From positions 14,851 to 78,850 of the forward strand of contig CAZNYC010000001.1 of the NCBI GenBank assembly GCA_964577175.1: DNA of 64,000 nucleotides, given 5' to 3'. The position numbers and the translations under genes were made by a program. The notes beneath the pieces are model-generated. The model saw only the letters and a list, made by a program, of their open reading frames with translations, ran no database searches and was not told where the DNA came from. This DNA comes from an uncultured Anaerolineales bacterium (GTDB taxonomy: Bacteria > Planctomycetota > Phycisphaerae > FEN-1346). Below, piece after piece: positions 38,478-48,353 of this stretch (its first letter is position 1; every line of letters starts with the position of its first letter).

Positions 38478-38609
38478 CAGCGTACCTCCGGGGGAGACGG
38501 GGTCAAGCGAACAATGGTATGTACGTGCCCCAAAATCCCGGAAATCGCTGAGCGGCCGAAGCCGGAGGGTTATTCGGAGAGGCTCTATGACGGGAGCGGG
38601 CGGAAACGG

Positions 38610-39704
38610 TCAGTCGAACTTGTCGTAGAAGATGGCGTCGGGCGGCAGGCCCTTGTCTTCGAGGACGCGGGTGACGGCCTCGATCATCGGCGGCGGACCG
38701 CAGAGGAACGCCTGCCGCTCGCCCCCCGGCTCGAGGTACTTGTCGACCGAGAGGTGGATGAACCCCGTCTCGCCCTGCCAGTCGGCGTCGTCGGGGCCGG
38801 GTTCGCTCAGGGCGTAGACGACGTGGAAGTTCGGGTGCTTCTCGGCCAGGGCCAGCCACTTCTCGAAGTAGAAGGCGTCGGCGGTGGTGCGGCAGCCGAA
38901 GAAGAACCAGCACGACCGCTCCGGCTGCCGCGCGTATACGGTCTCGATGATGTTCTTGACGGGTGCCATGCCGCAGCCACCCGCCACGCAGACGAGTTCG
39001 ACGTCCGGGTCCTCGTTCAGGCGGAACTCGCCGAACGGGCCGGTGAAGACGACCGGGTCGCCGACCTGGAGGTTATGGAGGTAGGTGGATCCGACGCCGC
39101 CCGGCACCAGCGTGACGACCAGTTCCACGTGCGTCGTGTCGTGGACCGGGGAACTGATCGAATAGGCCCGCCACTGGGGTCCCTCCGGCGAAGGCGCCTG
39201 GACCTGCACGTACTGGCCGGGACGCTGCGCGATCTCGGCCGGCTCGACGAGCCGGAGGCGGATCTCCTTCGTGTCGGGCGTCAGGTCGCGGGTGGACTCG
39301 ACCTCGGCGGAGAAGAGTTGGACGTTGAGGATGTCCTCGGGAATCTGGAGGTCCAGGGCCTCGCGGACCTTGACCTGGCACGCCAGGCGGACCCCCGACC
39401 GCATGTCGCGGCGGGAGAGGAACGGCAGTTCGGTCGGCAGGACCCGGCCGCCGCCCGAGAGCACGCGGACCTTGCAGAAGCCGCACGTGCCCTTCCCGCC
39501 GCAAGCCGACGGGATGTAGATCTCGCCCTCGTTCAGGGTCTGGAGCAGCGTCTGGCCGCCCTCCACCTCCAGGACCCGTTCGCCGGCGTTGATCGAGATC
39601 GGGCAGACGCCGTAGTCCAGCAGGTAGCGTTCCGCGACCACCAGGCCGAGGGCCAGCACCCCCAGCAGGACGCCGACCACCAGGATGCTCCACACGAAGA
39701 TCAT
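38610..39704 (-). CDS. nqrF: Na+-translocating NADH:quinone oxidoreductase subunit F
   Basis: Start MIFVWSILVV (ATG at 39704). N-terminal TM helix. 2Fe-2S ferredoxin motif CGGKGTCGFCKV...C. FAD site RAYSISS. NAD site GGCGMAP. Confidence 0.85.
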   Translation of the reverse strand: MIFVWSILVVGVLLGVLALGLVVAERYLLDYGVCPISINAGERVLEVEGGQTLLQTLNEGEIYIPSACGGKGTCGFCKVRVLSGGGRVLPTELPFLSRRDMRSGVRLACQVKVREALDLQIPEDILNVQLFSAEVESTRDLTPDTKEIRLRLVEPAEIAQRPGQYVQVQAPSPEGPQWRAYSISSPVHDTTHVELVVTLVPGGVGSTYLHNLQVGDPVVFTGPFGEFRLNEDPDVELVCVAGGCGMAPVKNIIETVYARQPERSCWFFFGCRTTADAFYFEKWLALAEKHPNFHVVYALSEPGPDDADWQGETGFIHLSVDKYLEPGGERQAFLCGPPPMIEAVTRVLEDKGLPPDAIFYDKFD

Positions 39705-39709
39705 GTCGC

Positions 39710-40315
39710 TCAGTCCAGCGAAGCCATGCCCATGAATCCCATGAACGCCAGGGCCATGACGCCCGTGACGATCATGACGATCGAGACGCCCCGGAATGCC
39801 GGGGGCAGGTTCGCGTACCCCATCTTCTGCCTGAGGCCCGTCATCAGCGTAATGGCCAGCGCGAACGCCAGGCCCGACCCCAGCCCGTACCACGACGCCT
39901 GCCACAGGCTGTAATCGAAGATGTTGATGGCGAAGAGGCTCGCGCCCAGGATGGCGCAGTTGACGGTAATCAGCGGCAGGAAGATGCCCAGCGAGTAGTA
40001 CAGCGTCGGGCTGAACCGCTCGACCACCATCTCCACCAACTGCACGAACGCCGCAATCACCGCAATGAACACGACGAACTGGAGATGCTCCAGCCCCAGC
40101 GGCACGAGCACCTGGTGATGGATCACGTGGTTCAGGATCGTGGTCGAGGTCATGACGAACGTCACGGCCGCCCCCAGGCCGAGGCTCGTCTCGTACTGCT
40201 TCGAGCATGCCAGGAACGAACACATCCCCAGGAAGTAGACCAGGAGAATGTTGTTCGTGAAGATGGCCGCGAAGAAGATGACCAGCGCGCCGGGGCCGCC
40301 CGTCGGGTCGGTCAT
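39710..40315 (-). CDS. nqrE: Na+-NQR subunit E
   Basis: ATG at 40315 with GGAGG 8 nt upstream. Polytopic NqrE/RnfA-family membrane protein (GMCSFLACSKQ, TVNCAILG). Confidence 0.85.
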   Translation of the reverse strand: MTDPTGGPGALVIFFAAIFTNNILLVYFLGMCSFLACSKQYETSLGLGAAVTFVMTSTTILNHVIHHQVLVPLGLEHLQFVVFIAVIAAFVQLVEMVVERFSPTLYYSLGIFLPLITVNCAILGASLFAINIFDYSLWQASWYGLGSGLAFALAITLMTGLRQKMGYANLPPAFRGVSIVMIVTGVMALAFMGFMGMASLD

Positions 40316-40977
40316 GACTCGCCCTCCGTTTCCTTCTGGAGCCCCAGGGCGTAGAAGAGGGCCACGAGCAGGCCGAGGGCGATGAATCCCCCGGGCGCCA
40401 TCTTCATCACGAGGTTCGGTTCGTAGCCCGGAATCTCCAGCAGGACCCACGACCGGCCGAACAGGATCCGCCCGCTGCCGGCGACCTCGCGCACCAGGCC
40501 GACGGCCGCCAGAACCATCGTGTAGCCCAGCCCGTTGGCCAGGCCGTCGATCAGGCTGTGGTGCGGCCGCTCGTGCAGGGCGTACGCCTCGGCCCGGCCC
40601 ATGATGATGCAGTTGGTGATGATGAGGCCGACGTAGGCGCCGAGGCGTTTCGACATATCCCAGTAAAACGCCTTCAGGAACTGGTCCACCAGGATGACGA
40701 AGGTGGCGATGACGGCGACCTCGACGATCATGCGGATGCGGCGGGGAATCGCCCCGCGCATCACCGAGATCAGCAGGTTCGACATGAGGATGACGAACAC
40801 CACCGCCGCCCCCATGACGAGCGAGTTCTCCAGCCGCGTCGTCACCGCCAGGGCCGAGCAGATGCCCAGCACCTGGATGGCGATGGGGTTGTTCTTCCAG
40901 ACGCCGGCCGTGAACGTCAGGATACCCTTCCGTTCGTCGCCCAGACCGACCGCCGGGTTGGGAGCGTCAGCCGCCAT
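40312..40977 (-). CDS. nqrD: Na+-NQR subunit D
   Basis: NqrD/RnfE family. Overlaps the nqrE start by ATGA. Confidence 0.85.
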   Translation of the reverse strand: MAADAPNPAVGLGDERKGILTFTAGVWKNNPIAIQVLGICSALAVTTRLENSLVMGAAVVFVILMSNLLISVMRGAIPRRIRMIVEVAVIATFVILVDQFLKAFYWDMSKRLGAYVGLIITNCIIMGRAEAYALHERPHHSLIDGLANGLGYTMVLAAVGLVREVAGSGRILFGRSWVLLEIPGYEPNLVMKMAPGGFIALGLLVALFYALGLQKETEGES

Positions 40978-41617
40978 CGCCGCCCTCCGCAGGCACCACC
41001 ACCTCGGCCAGCGTCCGCTCGAGCATCGCCTCGACGCGCTGGCTGGTCATCGTCGCCCCGGTAATCGCCTGGATGTCCAGGTCCACCCGGCCGGCCCGCG
41101 CCGGCACCGGCATGCCGCGGAACTGGTTGCGGAACGCCGGCGTCTCGATCTCCGCCCCCAGGCCGGGCGTTTCGGAATGCTTGTAGAACGTGACGCGGCG
41201 AACGGTCTCCAGGTCCGGCGCCAGGGCCACGAACCCGTCAATCGTCCCCCACAACCCTTTGCCCGTAAACGGGACGGCGACGGCGTCGTCGGTCCAGTAC
41301 GCCGGCCGGCCGGCCAGCGGCCGCTCGCGGACCGACCGCTCGAACCGCTCGAGGATCTCGTCGTTGCTCGCCGGCCGCTCGGTGACCGTGGTGTGGCCAG
41401 TGTCGGGGTCGACACGCTCCGCGCGAACGGTCGTCGGGATGCCGAGCACGCGGAGGATGCTGCGGGCCCGCTCGGCCCGCTGGTTCGCCGCCCGGCGCTC
41501 GGCGGTGATCGCACGGCCGGCCGTCAGCAGCGCGGCGCACGCCACTCCCACCGCCACCGCAAAGCCTACCGTGTACGCCGGTCGCCGTTTCACGCCTCGA
41601 GCCTCCGTGTGCGCCAT
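40967..41617 (-). CDS. nqrC: Na+-NQR subunit C (FMN-binding)
   Basis: ATG at 41617. Single N-terminal TM. Covalent FMN attachment motif TGATMTSQ. Confidence 0.8.
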   Translation of the reverse strand: MAHTEARGVKRRPAYTVGFAVAVGVACAALLTAGRAITAERRAANQRAERARSILRVLGIPTTVRAERVDPDTGHTTVTERPASNDEILERFERSVRERPLAGRPAYWTDDAVAVPFTGKGLWGTIDGFVALAPDLETVRRVTFYKHSETPGLGAEIETPAFRNQFRGMPVPARAGRVDLDIQAITGATMTSQRVEAMLERTLAEVVVPAEGGDGG

Positions 41618-42741
41618 CGAATCACGATTTCGTCGAGCGTCGGGGCCGCAATGTTGCCCAGCAGGATGGCGAACGTCACACCCTCGACGTACCCCGTCAG
41701 GTTCCGGATCAGCACCACCAGGGCGCCGATGAGCAGGCCGTAGAGCAGTTTCGCGGGGTTGGTGATGGGGCTGCTCACCGGATCGGTCGCCATGTAGACC
41801 GTCCCGAAGAGGAACCCGCCTGCGAAGAGGTGCCAGCCCACCGGGCCGAACGTCGCGGGCGCGGCCGCGTGCAGCACCGCGCCCAGCACCAGGAAACCGC
41901 CGATCGCCCCGCCGACCGTCCGCCACGGCACCACGCCCACCAGCACCAGGAACGCCGCGCCCAGAAGGATGCAGACGGCACTCGTTTCGCCGATGCATCC
42001 CGCGATATGGCCCCAGACGAGGTTCGCCACCGGCTCCGCCTCTTCGTAGAACGCCTCGGGCGCCTCCAGGGCCGCCTTGGCCTCCACGAGCGGCGTCGCC
42101 ATGGTGACGGCGTCGACGGCCGAATCGGCGGTCTGCCCGGCTGCGGCTGTGGCATCGCCGTACGACGCCGGCGCGACGGCGTACTCCAGCAGCCGGCCCG
42201 GCCAGGCGGTCTTCGGCTCGATCCACGCGCCCATCCCCGTCGGGTACCCGACCGTCAGGATACACCGGCCGAGCAGGGCCGGGTTGAACAGGTTCCGCCC
42301 CGTCCCGCCGAAGATTTCTTTGCCGAGGATCACGCCGGCGGCCACGCCGACCGCCACCATCCACAGGGGAATGCCGGGCGGCAGGGCCAAGGGAAAGATG
42401 AGGCCCGTCACGAGGAACCCCTCGTTGATCTCCTCCCGCCGCACGCACGCGAAGAGGACCTCGATTATGCCGCCCACCACGTACGAGACGAGAATCACCG
42501 CCAGCACCCGCAGACCGAACAGGTACACCCCCGCCAGCAGCGGCGGCACAAGCCCGATCACCACCATCGACATGTAGCGTTTGACGTCGAGCGGGTCGCG
42601 GACCCAGGGCGGTGTGTCCGGGGCGGTGTCCGGCCAAAGGTGAAACGCCTCGATGGCGTCGAACAGCGGCCGGAAAAACCGCAGCGGCGGGCGCTCGAAG
42701 CGCGGCCGCAGCCGCTCGAAGAGACGCTCCACGACCTTCAT
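41590..42741 (-). CDS. nqrB: Na+-NQR subunit B
   Basis: 383 aa, polytopic NqrB/RnfD family. Confidence 0.85.
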   Translation of the reverse strand: MKVVERLFERLRPRFERPPLRFFRPLFDAIEAFHLWPDTAPDTPPWVRDPLDVKRYMSMVVIGLVPPLLAGVYLFGLRVLAVILVSYVVGGIIEVLFACVRREEINEGFLVTGLIFPLALPPGIPLWMVAVGVAAGVILGKEIFGGTGRNLFNPALLGRCILTVGYPTGMGAWIEPKTAWPGRLLEYAVAPASYGDATAAAGQTADSAVDAVTMATPLVEAKAALEAPEAFYEEAEPVANLVWGHIAGCIGETSAVCILLGAAFLVLVGVVPWRTVGGAIGGFLVLGAVLHAAAPATFGPVGWHLFAGGFLFGTVYMATDPVSSPITNPAKLLYGLLIGALVVLIRNLTGYVEGVTFAILLGNIAAPTLDEIVIRWRTRRLEA

Positions 42742-44129
42742 GAGGCGGCTCCTTCCTGGGCGTCCGCCTTGGCAGCGGCCGCCGCAGCCGCCTCCGCCGC
42801 CTCCTTCCGTTCCTCCGCCAGATCCTGCTGGGCCTCCAGGAACTGGGCGCGGAGTTCAATCTTCGACGGGCACACGTACGAACACAGCCCGCACCCGACG
42901 CACAGGTCCACGCCTAGCCGCTCGGCATTGTCGAGCGAGCCCTGGTAAAGATACTTGTGGATCATGTGCGGCATGATGCCCGCCGGGCACACCTTCTCGC
43001 ACAGGCCGCAGGCGATGCACGCCCGCCGCTCACCGCGGAGGGCCGTCGGCATCCGTTCCGGAAACGCCCGGCGAAGCCGCGACAGGAACGTGCGGCTGTA
43101 GGACTGGCGGGACACGCCAGGACGGATCCATCCGAACAGTTGCGGCCCCGGCATCGGCGACAGGGCGGTCAGCCCCGGGCACCCGAGGGGCAGCCCCCGG
43201 ACGCCGTCGCCTGCCATCGCGCCGGTCATGGCGCCGCCCAGGATCAGCCGCGCGCCCTCCTCGACTTCCGTCGACCGGATCGGCTCCAGGGGATAGCCCG
43301 CCGGCAGCCGCAGGTGCCGCGGGCGCTTCGCCGCCGGGCCGCCCACCGTCGTCAGGACGTCCAGCGTCGGCCGGGAATGCGTCAGGGCCCGGTCGACCGC
43401 CAGGACGCCCTCCGTCCGCAGGGCCCACACCGGTGGCCCGCCGGCCTCCAGGTCCAGCCCCCGGGCAATCAGGGCGAAAACGTCCATCGGGTACCGCAAT
43501 GGAATCGTCACGATCTGAAGAAACGCGTGGCCGCGGAGTTGCTCGTGCACCTCCTCGGCCAGGGCCGACTCCACGTCCGGCATGACGAGGTAGATCGGCT
43601 GATACTCGAGCAGCCCCTGGATCCGCTCCAATCCCCGGCTGAACGCCTCCAGGCCGGACCGCAGCATCGCCTCGCCGCGGACGCCGAACGGCTCCAGCCG
43701 CACCGTCGAGACGATGACCGCGCTCGGTTCCGCCGCCGGGTCCGGCACGGCCCCCGTGTGGGCGTCCTCGAAGAAGCACCACGCCCCAAGGTTCACGAGG
43801 CTTTGACGCGGGTCCGGCGCGGGCGGCCCTTCCTCACCCTGCTCCCCCGGGGGTACCACGTCCTCCAGGACGACGTGGCCTTGGCGGGCCTCCAGCCGGA
43901 CGGTCCCGCTGCGCGGGGCGAGGAGCGGCACCTCGAAGTGCACCGGGTCGCGTGCGAGCACCTCCCCGGCCCGTACGGACTGCCCGTCGCCGATGGCCGG
44001 CTCCGTAAACGCCAGCCGCCCGCTCTCGACGGGCAGAAAGAGGGCGTCCGGCTCGGGAAGCGTCTCGGTCGTCGCCGCCGGCCGGCCCGCCAGCGGCACG
44101 TTGTATCCACCATGACGTTTCAGATGCAT
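42738..44129 (-). CDS. nqrA: Na+-NQR subunit A homolog retaining two RnfC-type 4Fe-4S ferredoxin motifs
   Basis: NqrA/RnfC N-terminal domain (MHLKRHGGYNVPLAGRP). NqrA-like LFGWIRPG...RTFLSRL. The C-terminus has CIACGLCEKVCP and CVGCGLCSYVCP; canonical NqrA has only degenerate remnants of these. No GGAGFPT NADH/FMN site. Confidence 0.75.
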   Translation of the reverse strand: MHLKRHGGYNVPLAGRPAATTETLPEPDALFLPVESGRLAFTEPAIGDGQSVRAGEVLARDPVHFEVPLLAPRSGTVRLEARQGHVVLEDVVPPGEQGEEGPPAPDPRQSLVNLGAWCFFEDAHTGAVPDPAAEPSAVIVSTVRLEPFGVRGEAMLRSGLEAFSRGLERIQGLLEYQPIYLVMPDVESALAEEVHEQLRGHAFLQIVTIPLRYPMDVFALIARGLDLEAGGPPVWALRTEGVLAVDRALTHSRPTLDVLTTVGGPAAKRPRHLRLPAGYPLEPIRSTEVEEGARLILGGAMTGAMAGDGVRGLPLGCPGLTALSPMPGPQLFGWIRPGVSRQSYSRTFLSRLRRAFPERMPTALRGERRACIACGLCEKVCPAGIMPHMIHKYLYQGSLDNAERLGVDLCVGCGLCSYVCPSKIELRAQFLEAQQDLAEERKEAAEAAAAAAAKADAQEGAAS

Positions 44130-44179
44130 CGAAGGCCTTCGTTTTTGCGTCGCCGCCGACCCGCCCGCGATTCGGCAGG

Positions 44180-44215
44180 ATTATAACAGAAAGAACCGGC
44201 CGATGGGACTGCTAT
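44180..44215 (-). promoter_or_regulatory. Candidate nqr operon promoter with extended -10 (TGTTATAAT) and A/T-rich UP-like region
   Basis: On the minus strand TGTTATAAT sits at plus 44180-44188, preceded by A/T-rich cattttatagcata and a weak -35 (gtccca). This places the TSS ~45 nt upstream of the nqrA ATG, with an AAGG RBS. Confidence 0.35.
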
Positions 44216-44445
44216 GCTATAAAATGTCCCGCCCCCCTCGGCCGGCTGAGGGGCGGTTTGCGGTCGACGATTCCCCGGCCGCGCGATGCGCGCACCGGGG
44301 GCGGTGCGAGAGGGCTCGGAGCCAAAGGAGTCTTTGCTGCTCTCACGGTGCGCGATAGAATCGTCAGAAAGGCCGGCTGCGATTGTCGGCTGGAAACCAG
44401 CCGGGAAACGCAGGGTTAAGACGACATCGCTACGTCGGCCATGGG

Positions 44446-44515
44446 CGGGGCGGGTCTCCGCACCCACCGCGCTCAAAACGGCCTTTCCAAGGCTGCGCGG
44501 CGGGTACTCCAGACC
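44446..44515 (-). repeat. REP-like element Y copy A (inverted relative to copy B)
   Basis: About 70 nt. Its reverse complement aligns at ~88% with 48483-48548 (cccgccgcgcagccYtggaaaggScgtttYgagcgcggtgggtgYggagaccc), containing nested GC-rich hairpins. Confidence 0.6.
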
Positions 44516-44570
44516 CGCCGCGCACGAGGCCGCGTGGTCGTGTTAAAGGGTGCGAGCCGGGAGGCGAACC

Positions 44571-47500
44571 GTGAACGCGTACACTCGGATCGTTCTTTGC
44601 GCCGTCACACTCGTCGGCGTGCTTCTTGCCGGCGTGACGGCTGCGGCCGCCGACGACGGCCCCTGGTGGCGATCCCACCTCGACGCCCCCATCCTCTTTG
44701 CCAAGCGCCATTCGTACGTCGGGATTCACATTTACGATACGTACTACAAGTGGAAGCCGGGCGGTGGCCTGTACGTGCTCGAGAACCCGGCCGACCCGCC
44801 GGCCGAGCACCGTGTCCGGCCCGTCATCGACCCGACCACCTCCGAGACCCTCGGCGAGGGCATTTACAGCGATCCCGAACTCTCCTGGGACGCCCGGCGC
44901 GTGCTTTTCTGCTTCAAGGGCGAACCGACGGGCTCCACCAGCATCTACGAGATCGGCGTGGACGGTACGGGCCTTCGCCGCCTCACGAATCCCGCGCCCC
45001 ACTGTGCCGACTACAAGGGCCGCGGCGGCGGCGTCCACGACGTGGCCCCGGCGTACCTGCCCGACGGTCGCATCGTCTTTCTCTCCTCGCGTCCCAGCGG
45101 CCTCGTGCCGTGCAACAACACGGGCGTGGCGATTCTGCACGTCATGAACGCCGACGGGGCCGACATCCACCCCATTTCGGTGAACAACGTCAACGAGTTC
45201 GATCCCGTGCCGCTGCCCGACGGCCGCATCCTCTTCGGCCGATGGGAGTACATCGACAAGACCGCCCTGACGATTCAGAGCCTGTGGACGGTCTTCCCCG
45301 ATGGCACGAACGAGACGGCCCTGTTCGCGAACAACATGGTCTTTCCCGAGGCGCTGCTCGACGGCCGGCCCGTGCCGGGATCGATGCACCTGGTGGCGGC
45401 AACGCTGGCGCCGCACAACTCCCCGCCGCGAGGGAGTGTGGGCATCGTGAATCCGCTTCTCGGCAAAAACGCCCCCGGCGCGATTACCAACTTCGAGCAC
45501 CCCGACAAGCCCACCCACGACCACGGCAACTCGTGCGAGCCCTGGCCGCTCGCCGAGGACGTTATCCTTTTCAGCGGCCGGCCGACGGGCGCTGCGTTCA
45601 ACGCCATCGAGATCGCCCGCCGCGACGGTCGCCGCCGCCTCGTCCACGCCGAACCGGACATCTGCTGCCACTCGCCCATACCCGTGCGGGCGCGGCCCTG
45701 CCCGCCGGCCATCCCCGACGCGACGGACCGCACGAAGCGGACCGGCCGCTTCTACGTCCAGGACATCCACGAGGGCCTCGACGGCGTCGCCCCCGGCGAG
45801 GTCACGCACCTGCGGATCATCGAAGAGACGTCCCGCACGAGCCCCAGCCCCGGCGGCGCGATGAACCAGACGTTCCTCGTGTCCGGCGTGCTGGCCTGGA
45901 GCGCGAAGAACATCCTCGGTGTCGTCGACGTGGCCGAGGACGGGTCCGCCTACTTCGAGGCCCCCGCCGGCCGGGCCCTGTACCTGCAGGCCCTGGACGC
46001 CGACCGACGCCTGGTGCGCAGCATGCGGACGTTTATCCAGGCTGCCCCGGGCGTCACGCGTTCCTGCATCGGCTGCCACGAGCACAAGTACTCGAGCCCC
46101 GCGAACCTCGGCGACCGCCGGGCTTTCCGCCGTCCGCCCGAGAAGCCCCGCCCCGAATCCTGGGGCAGCGGCTTCATCGACTACCCGAGCATGATTCAGC
46201 CCGTCTTCGACCGGCACTGCCTCGGGTGCCATGGCGGCGAGAAGGGCCTGGCGGCGCGGCTCGACCTCTCCGGGGGATGGACCCGGTACTTCACCATCAG
46301 TTACGAGAACCTCGCGGGGCGCCGTCGGAGCCAGGTGTGGGCCGACCTTATCGCCGCCATCGATTGCATGAACGGGACGAGCCGGTACTCGGCCCGGATA
46401 TTCGATCCGCGAGGGCACGGCTCAGGTGCGGCTCCGCTGGCGGACGTGCTCGTCGGCGGGCACGAGGAACGCATTCCCCGCCTCACTCGCCGCGAGCGCG
46501 ATCTCGTCCTCGCCTGGATCGACACCAATGGCCTGTACCATGGCACGTGGGACTACTCCGAGCACGGGCCGAGCCTCAAGGCCTGGAACGGCATCAAGGC
46601 GGCGGTCCTTGCCGAGATGCGCGACGCCGGCTGTATGCGGTGCCACGGCAAGAACGGGAAGCCCGCGCGGTTCGAGAACGACTGGATCAACCTCAGGCGG
46701 CCCCCGTTCAGCCGGGTGCTTCGGGCGCCGCTCGCGAAGGAGGCCGACGGCGGCTACGGCCTGGCCCTCTGCCGCCGGCGCGACGTCGATCCGAACGGAT
46801 GGCGCAGCCGCATCATGGTCCTCGGCGGATACCAACATGCCGTCAAGCCGGTGGAGCAGTTCGAGAGGCGCCCCGCGCCGGAGCCCGAGCCGGATGCCGG
46901 ACCCGCGGTCACGTTCCAATCCACGAACGACCCGCACTACCGGTCGCTGCTGGCGGCGATTCGCCGCGGACGCCGGCAGGCCCTCGCCGCCCCGCGCGTC
47001 GACATGCCGGGCGCCGAGGCCGTCGCCGGCTCTCATCGGCAGCGGTATCCGCAGCCCCTGCCCGATCCCCTGCCCCCTCTCGAGGCGCGGACCGACGACA
47101 ATGCCGTCGTCCACCTGGCGTGGGAGCGTTCCGCCCGAACGATCGGTCTCTCGGCCGAGGTCCACCGCGGCCTGGGACCGGATTTCACGCCCACCGACGA
47201 GACCCGCCTCGCCGCGACCGGCCTCTTCCATTACGCGGACGCGTCGGCGTCGCCCGGTCCCCAGCATTACGCCGTGGTGCTCGTCTCGGCCGAGGCGAGG
47301 AGTCGCCCGATGCGGGCCCGCGTGGAGGTACCGTCGCCGGCGCCGCCCCGCGCCCCCACGGACCTGACCGCCGAGTCCGAACCCGGCCGGGTGGTCCTCC
47401 GCTGGCACGGCGCCTCGGACCCGCACGTGGGGTATACGGTCCACCGCGCCCCCGCGGGGTCCGACGCATTCGAACGGCTGACACCCGAACCGACGGCGGC

Positions 47501-48278
47501 GTGGGAGTTCGCAGACGTGTCGGCACGGTCCGACGCGACCGCCCGCTACACCGTGCGGGCCGTCAGCCGGCGGGGCGCTGTGAGTGCACCGGCAACGGCC
47601 GTCGAAGCCAAGGCCCTGCCGGAGATCCGCCAGCCCGTCTTCGTGGCCGACTTCGCCGCCGGACCCGACGCTTCCGACCTTGCGGGCAAGACCGTCCCCG
47701 CTCGCCTGCAAGGCAAGGCCCGCGTCACGGAGGGGACGCTGGATCTGCGCCAGGGCGGTCACGTCACGTATCCCCATCGCGACGCCTTCGACCTCGCGAA
47801 GCGGTTCTCCGTAGAATGCCGGGTCCGCTTCGAGAAGGCAGGCACGATGCCCGTGGTCGTCAGTTGCGGCCAGTGGAACCAGGCAGGCTGGTTCCTCCAA
47901 CGCTTCGGCGGCGGGTGGCGGTGGCACGTGGGCGGCATCGACTGCGACGGCGGCCAGCCCGTCCTCGGCCGTTGGACCCACCTCGTCGGCACCTACGACG
48001 GGACGACCGCCCGCCTGTACCAGGACGGCCGCCTTGTGGCGAAGCGCGACGGCATTGCCGTTACCACGCCCTGGAAAGGGCCCCTGCACGTCGGCCAGTA
48101 CAGCGGTGGGCCGGCGGACTCCTACCAGGTGACGGGGCAGGTGAAGGACGTGCGGATCTACAGCCGGGCCCTCGCACCCGCCGAGGTGGGCCGGACAGGG
48201 AACGTTACCCGCCGGCCCTTGGTCCCGGCGGCCGGTGCCGGGCCGGTGTTTTCAGCGCCGAGGCCCCATCCGGGATAA
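44571..48278 (+). CDS. Secreted multi-domain protein: TolB-like beta-propeller + three CxxCH heme-c motifs + fibronectin-III + LamG/ConA-like lectin domain
   Basis: GTG at 44571 with GGGAGG 7 nt upstream; the listed ORF start at 44550 is less well supported. Signal peptide. WD40/TolB-like repeats (IYEIGVDGTGLRRLT, DGRIVFLSSR). Heme motifs CIGCHE, CLGCHG and CMRCHG. FN3 (VVLRWHGASDPHVGYTVHRA). LamG motif (KDVRIYSRAL). Confidence 0.7.
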   Translation: MNAYTRIVLCAVTLVGVLLAGVTAAAADDGPWWRSHLDAPILFAKRHSYVGIHIYDTYYKWKPGGGLYVLENPADPPAEHRVRPVIDPTTSETLGEGIYSDPELSWDARRVLFCFKGEPTGSTSIYEIGVDGTGLRRLTNPAPHCADYKGRGGGVHDVAPAYLPDGRIVFLSSRPSGLVPCNNTGVAILHVMNADGADIHPISVNNVNEFDPVPLPDGRILFGRWEYIDKTALTIQSLWTVFPDGTNETALFANNMVFPEALLDGRPVPGSMHLVAATLAPHNSPPRGSVGIVNPLLGKNAPGAITNFEHPDKPTHDHGNSCEPWPLAEDVILFSGRPTGAAFNAIEIARRDGRRRLVHAEPDICCHSPIPVRARPCPPAIPDATDRTKRTGRFYVQDIHEGLDGVAPGEVTHLRIIEETSRTSPSPGGAMNQTFLVSGVLAWSAKNILGVVDVAEDGSAYFEAPAGRALYLQALDADRRLVRSMRTFIQAAPGVTRSCIGCHEHKYSSPANLGDRRAFRRPPEKPRPESWGSGFIDYPSMIQPVFDRHCLGCHGGEKGLAARLDLSGGWTRYFTISYENLAGRRRSQVWADLIAAIDCMNGTSRYSARIFDPRGHGSGAAPLADVLVGGHEERIPRLTRRERDLVLAWIDTNGLYHGTWDYSEHGPSLKAWNGIKAAVLAEMRDAGCMRCHGKNGKPARFENDWINLRRPPFSRVLRAPLAKEADGGYGLALCRRRDVDPNGWRSRIMVLGGYQHAVKPVEQFERRPAPEPEPDAGPAVTFQSTNDPHYRSLLAAIRRGRRQALAAPRVDMPGAEAVAGSHRQRYPQPLPDPLPPLEARTDDNAVVHLAWERSARTIGLSAEVHRGLGPDFTPTDETRLAATGLFHYADASASPGPQHYAVVLVSAEARSRPMRARVEVPSPAPPRAPTDLTAESEPGRVVLRWHGASDPHVGYTVHRAPAGSDAFERLTPEPTAAWEFADVSARSDATARYTVRAVSRRGAVSAPATAVEAKALPEIRQPVFVADFAAGPDASDLAGKTVPARLQGKARVTEGTLDLRQGGHVTYPHRDAFDLAKRFSVECRVRFEKAGTMPVVVSCGQWNQAGWFLQRFGGGWRWHVGGIDCDGGQPVLGRWTHLVGTYDGTTARLYQDGRLVAKRDGIAVTTPWKGPLHVGQYSGGPADSYQVTGQVKDVRIYSRALAPAEVGRTGNVTRRPLVPAAGAGPVFSAPRPHPG

Positions 48279-48353
48279 TCGGCATGCAAGCGGCACGGTG
48301 TTCGTGCCGGGCCTCGAGACAAGGACAGCGTGCAATGCCCCGTCCGAGAAAAC

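Noticed and set aside
38400-39914. 504-aa plus-strand ORF opposite nqrF
   Set aside because: Antisense to a well-supported NqrF with its 2Fe-2S/FAD/NAD motifs, and no motifs of its own.
44430-48089. Long minus-strand ORFs (662 aa, 555 aa) opposite the heme-propeller gene, and the 1,328-aa plus ORF 44441..48427
   Set aside because: Arg-rich antisense or frame-shifted translations whose ends run through the REP elements. The annotated frame has CxxCH, FN3 and LamG motifs.
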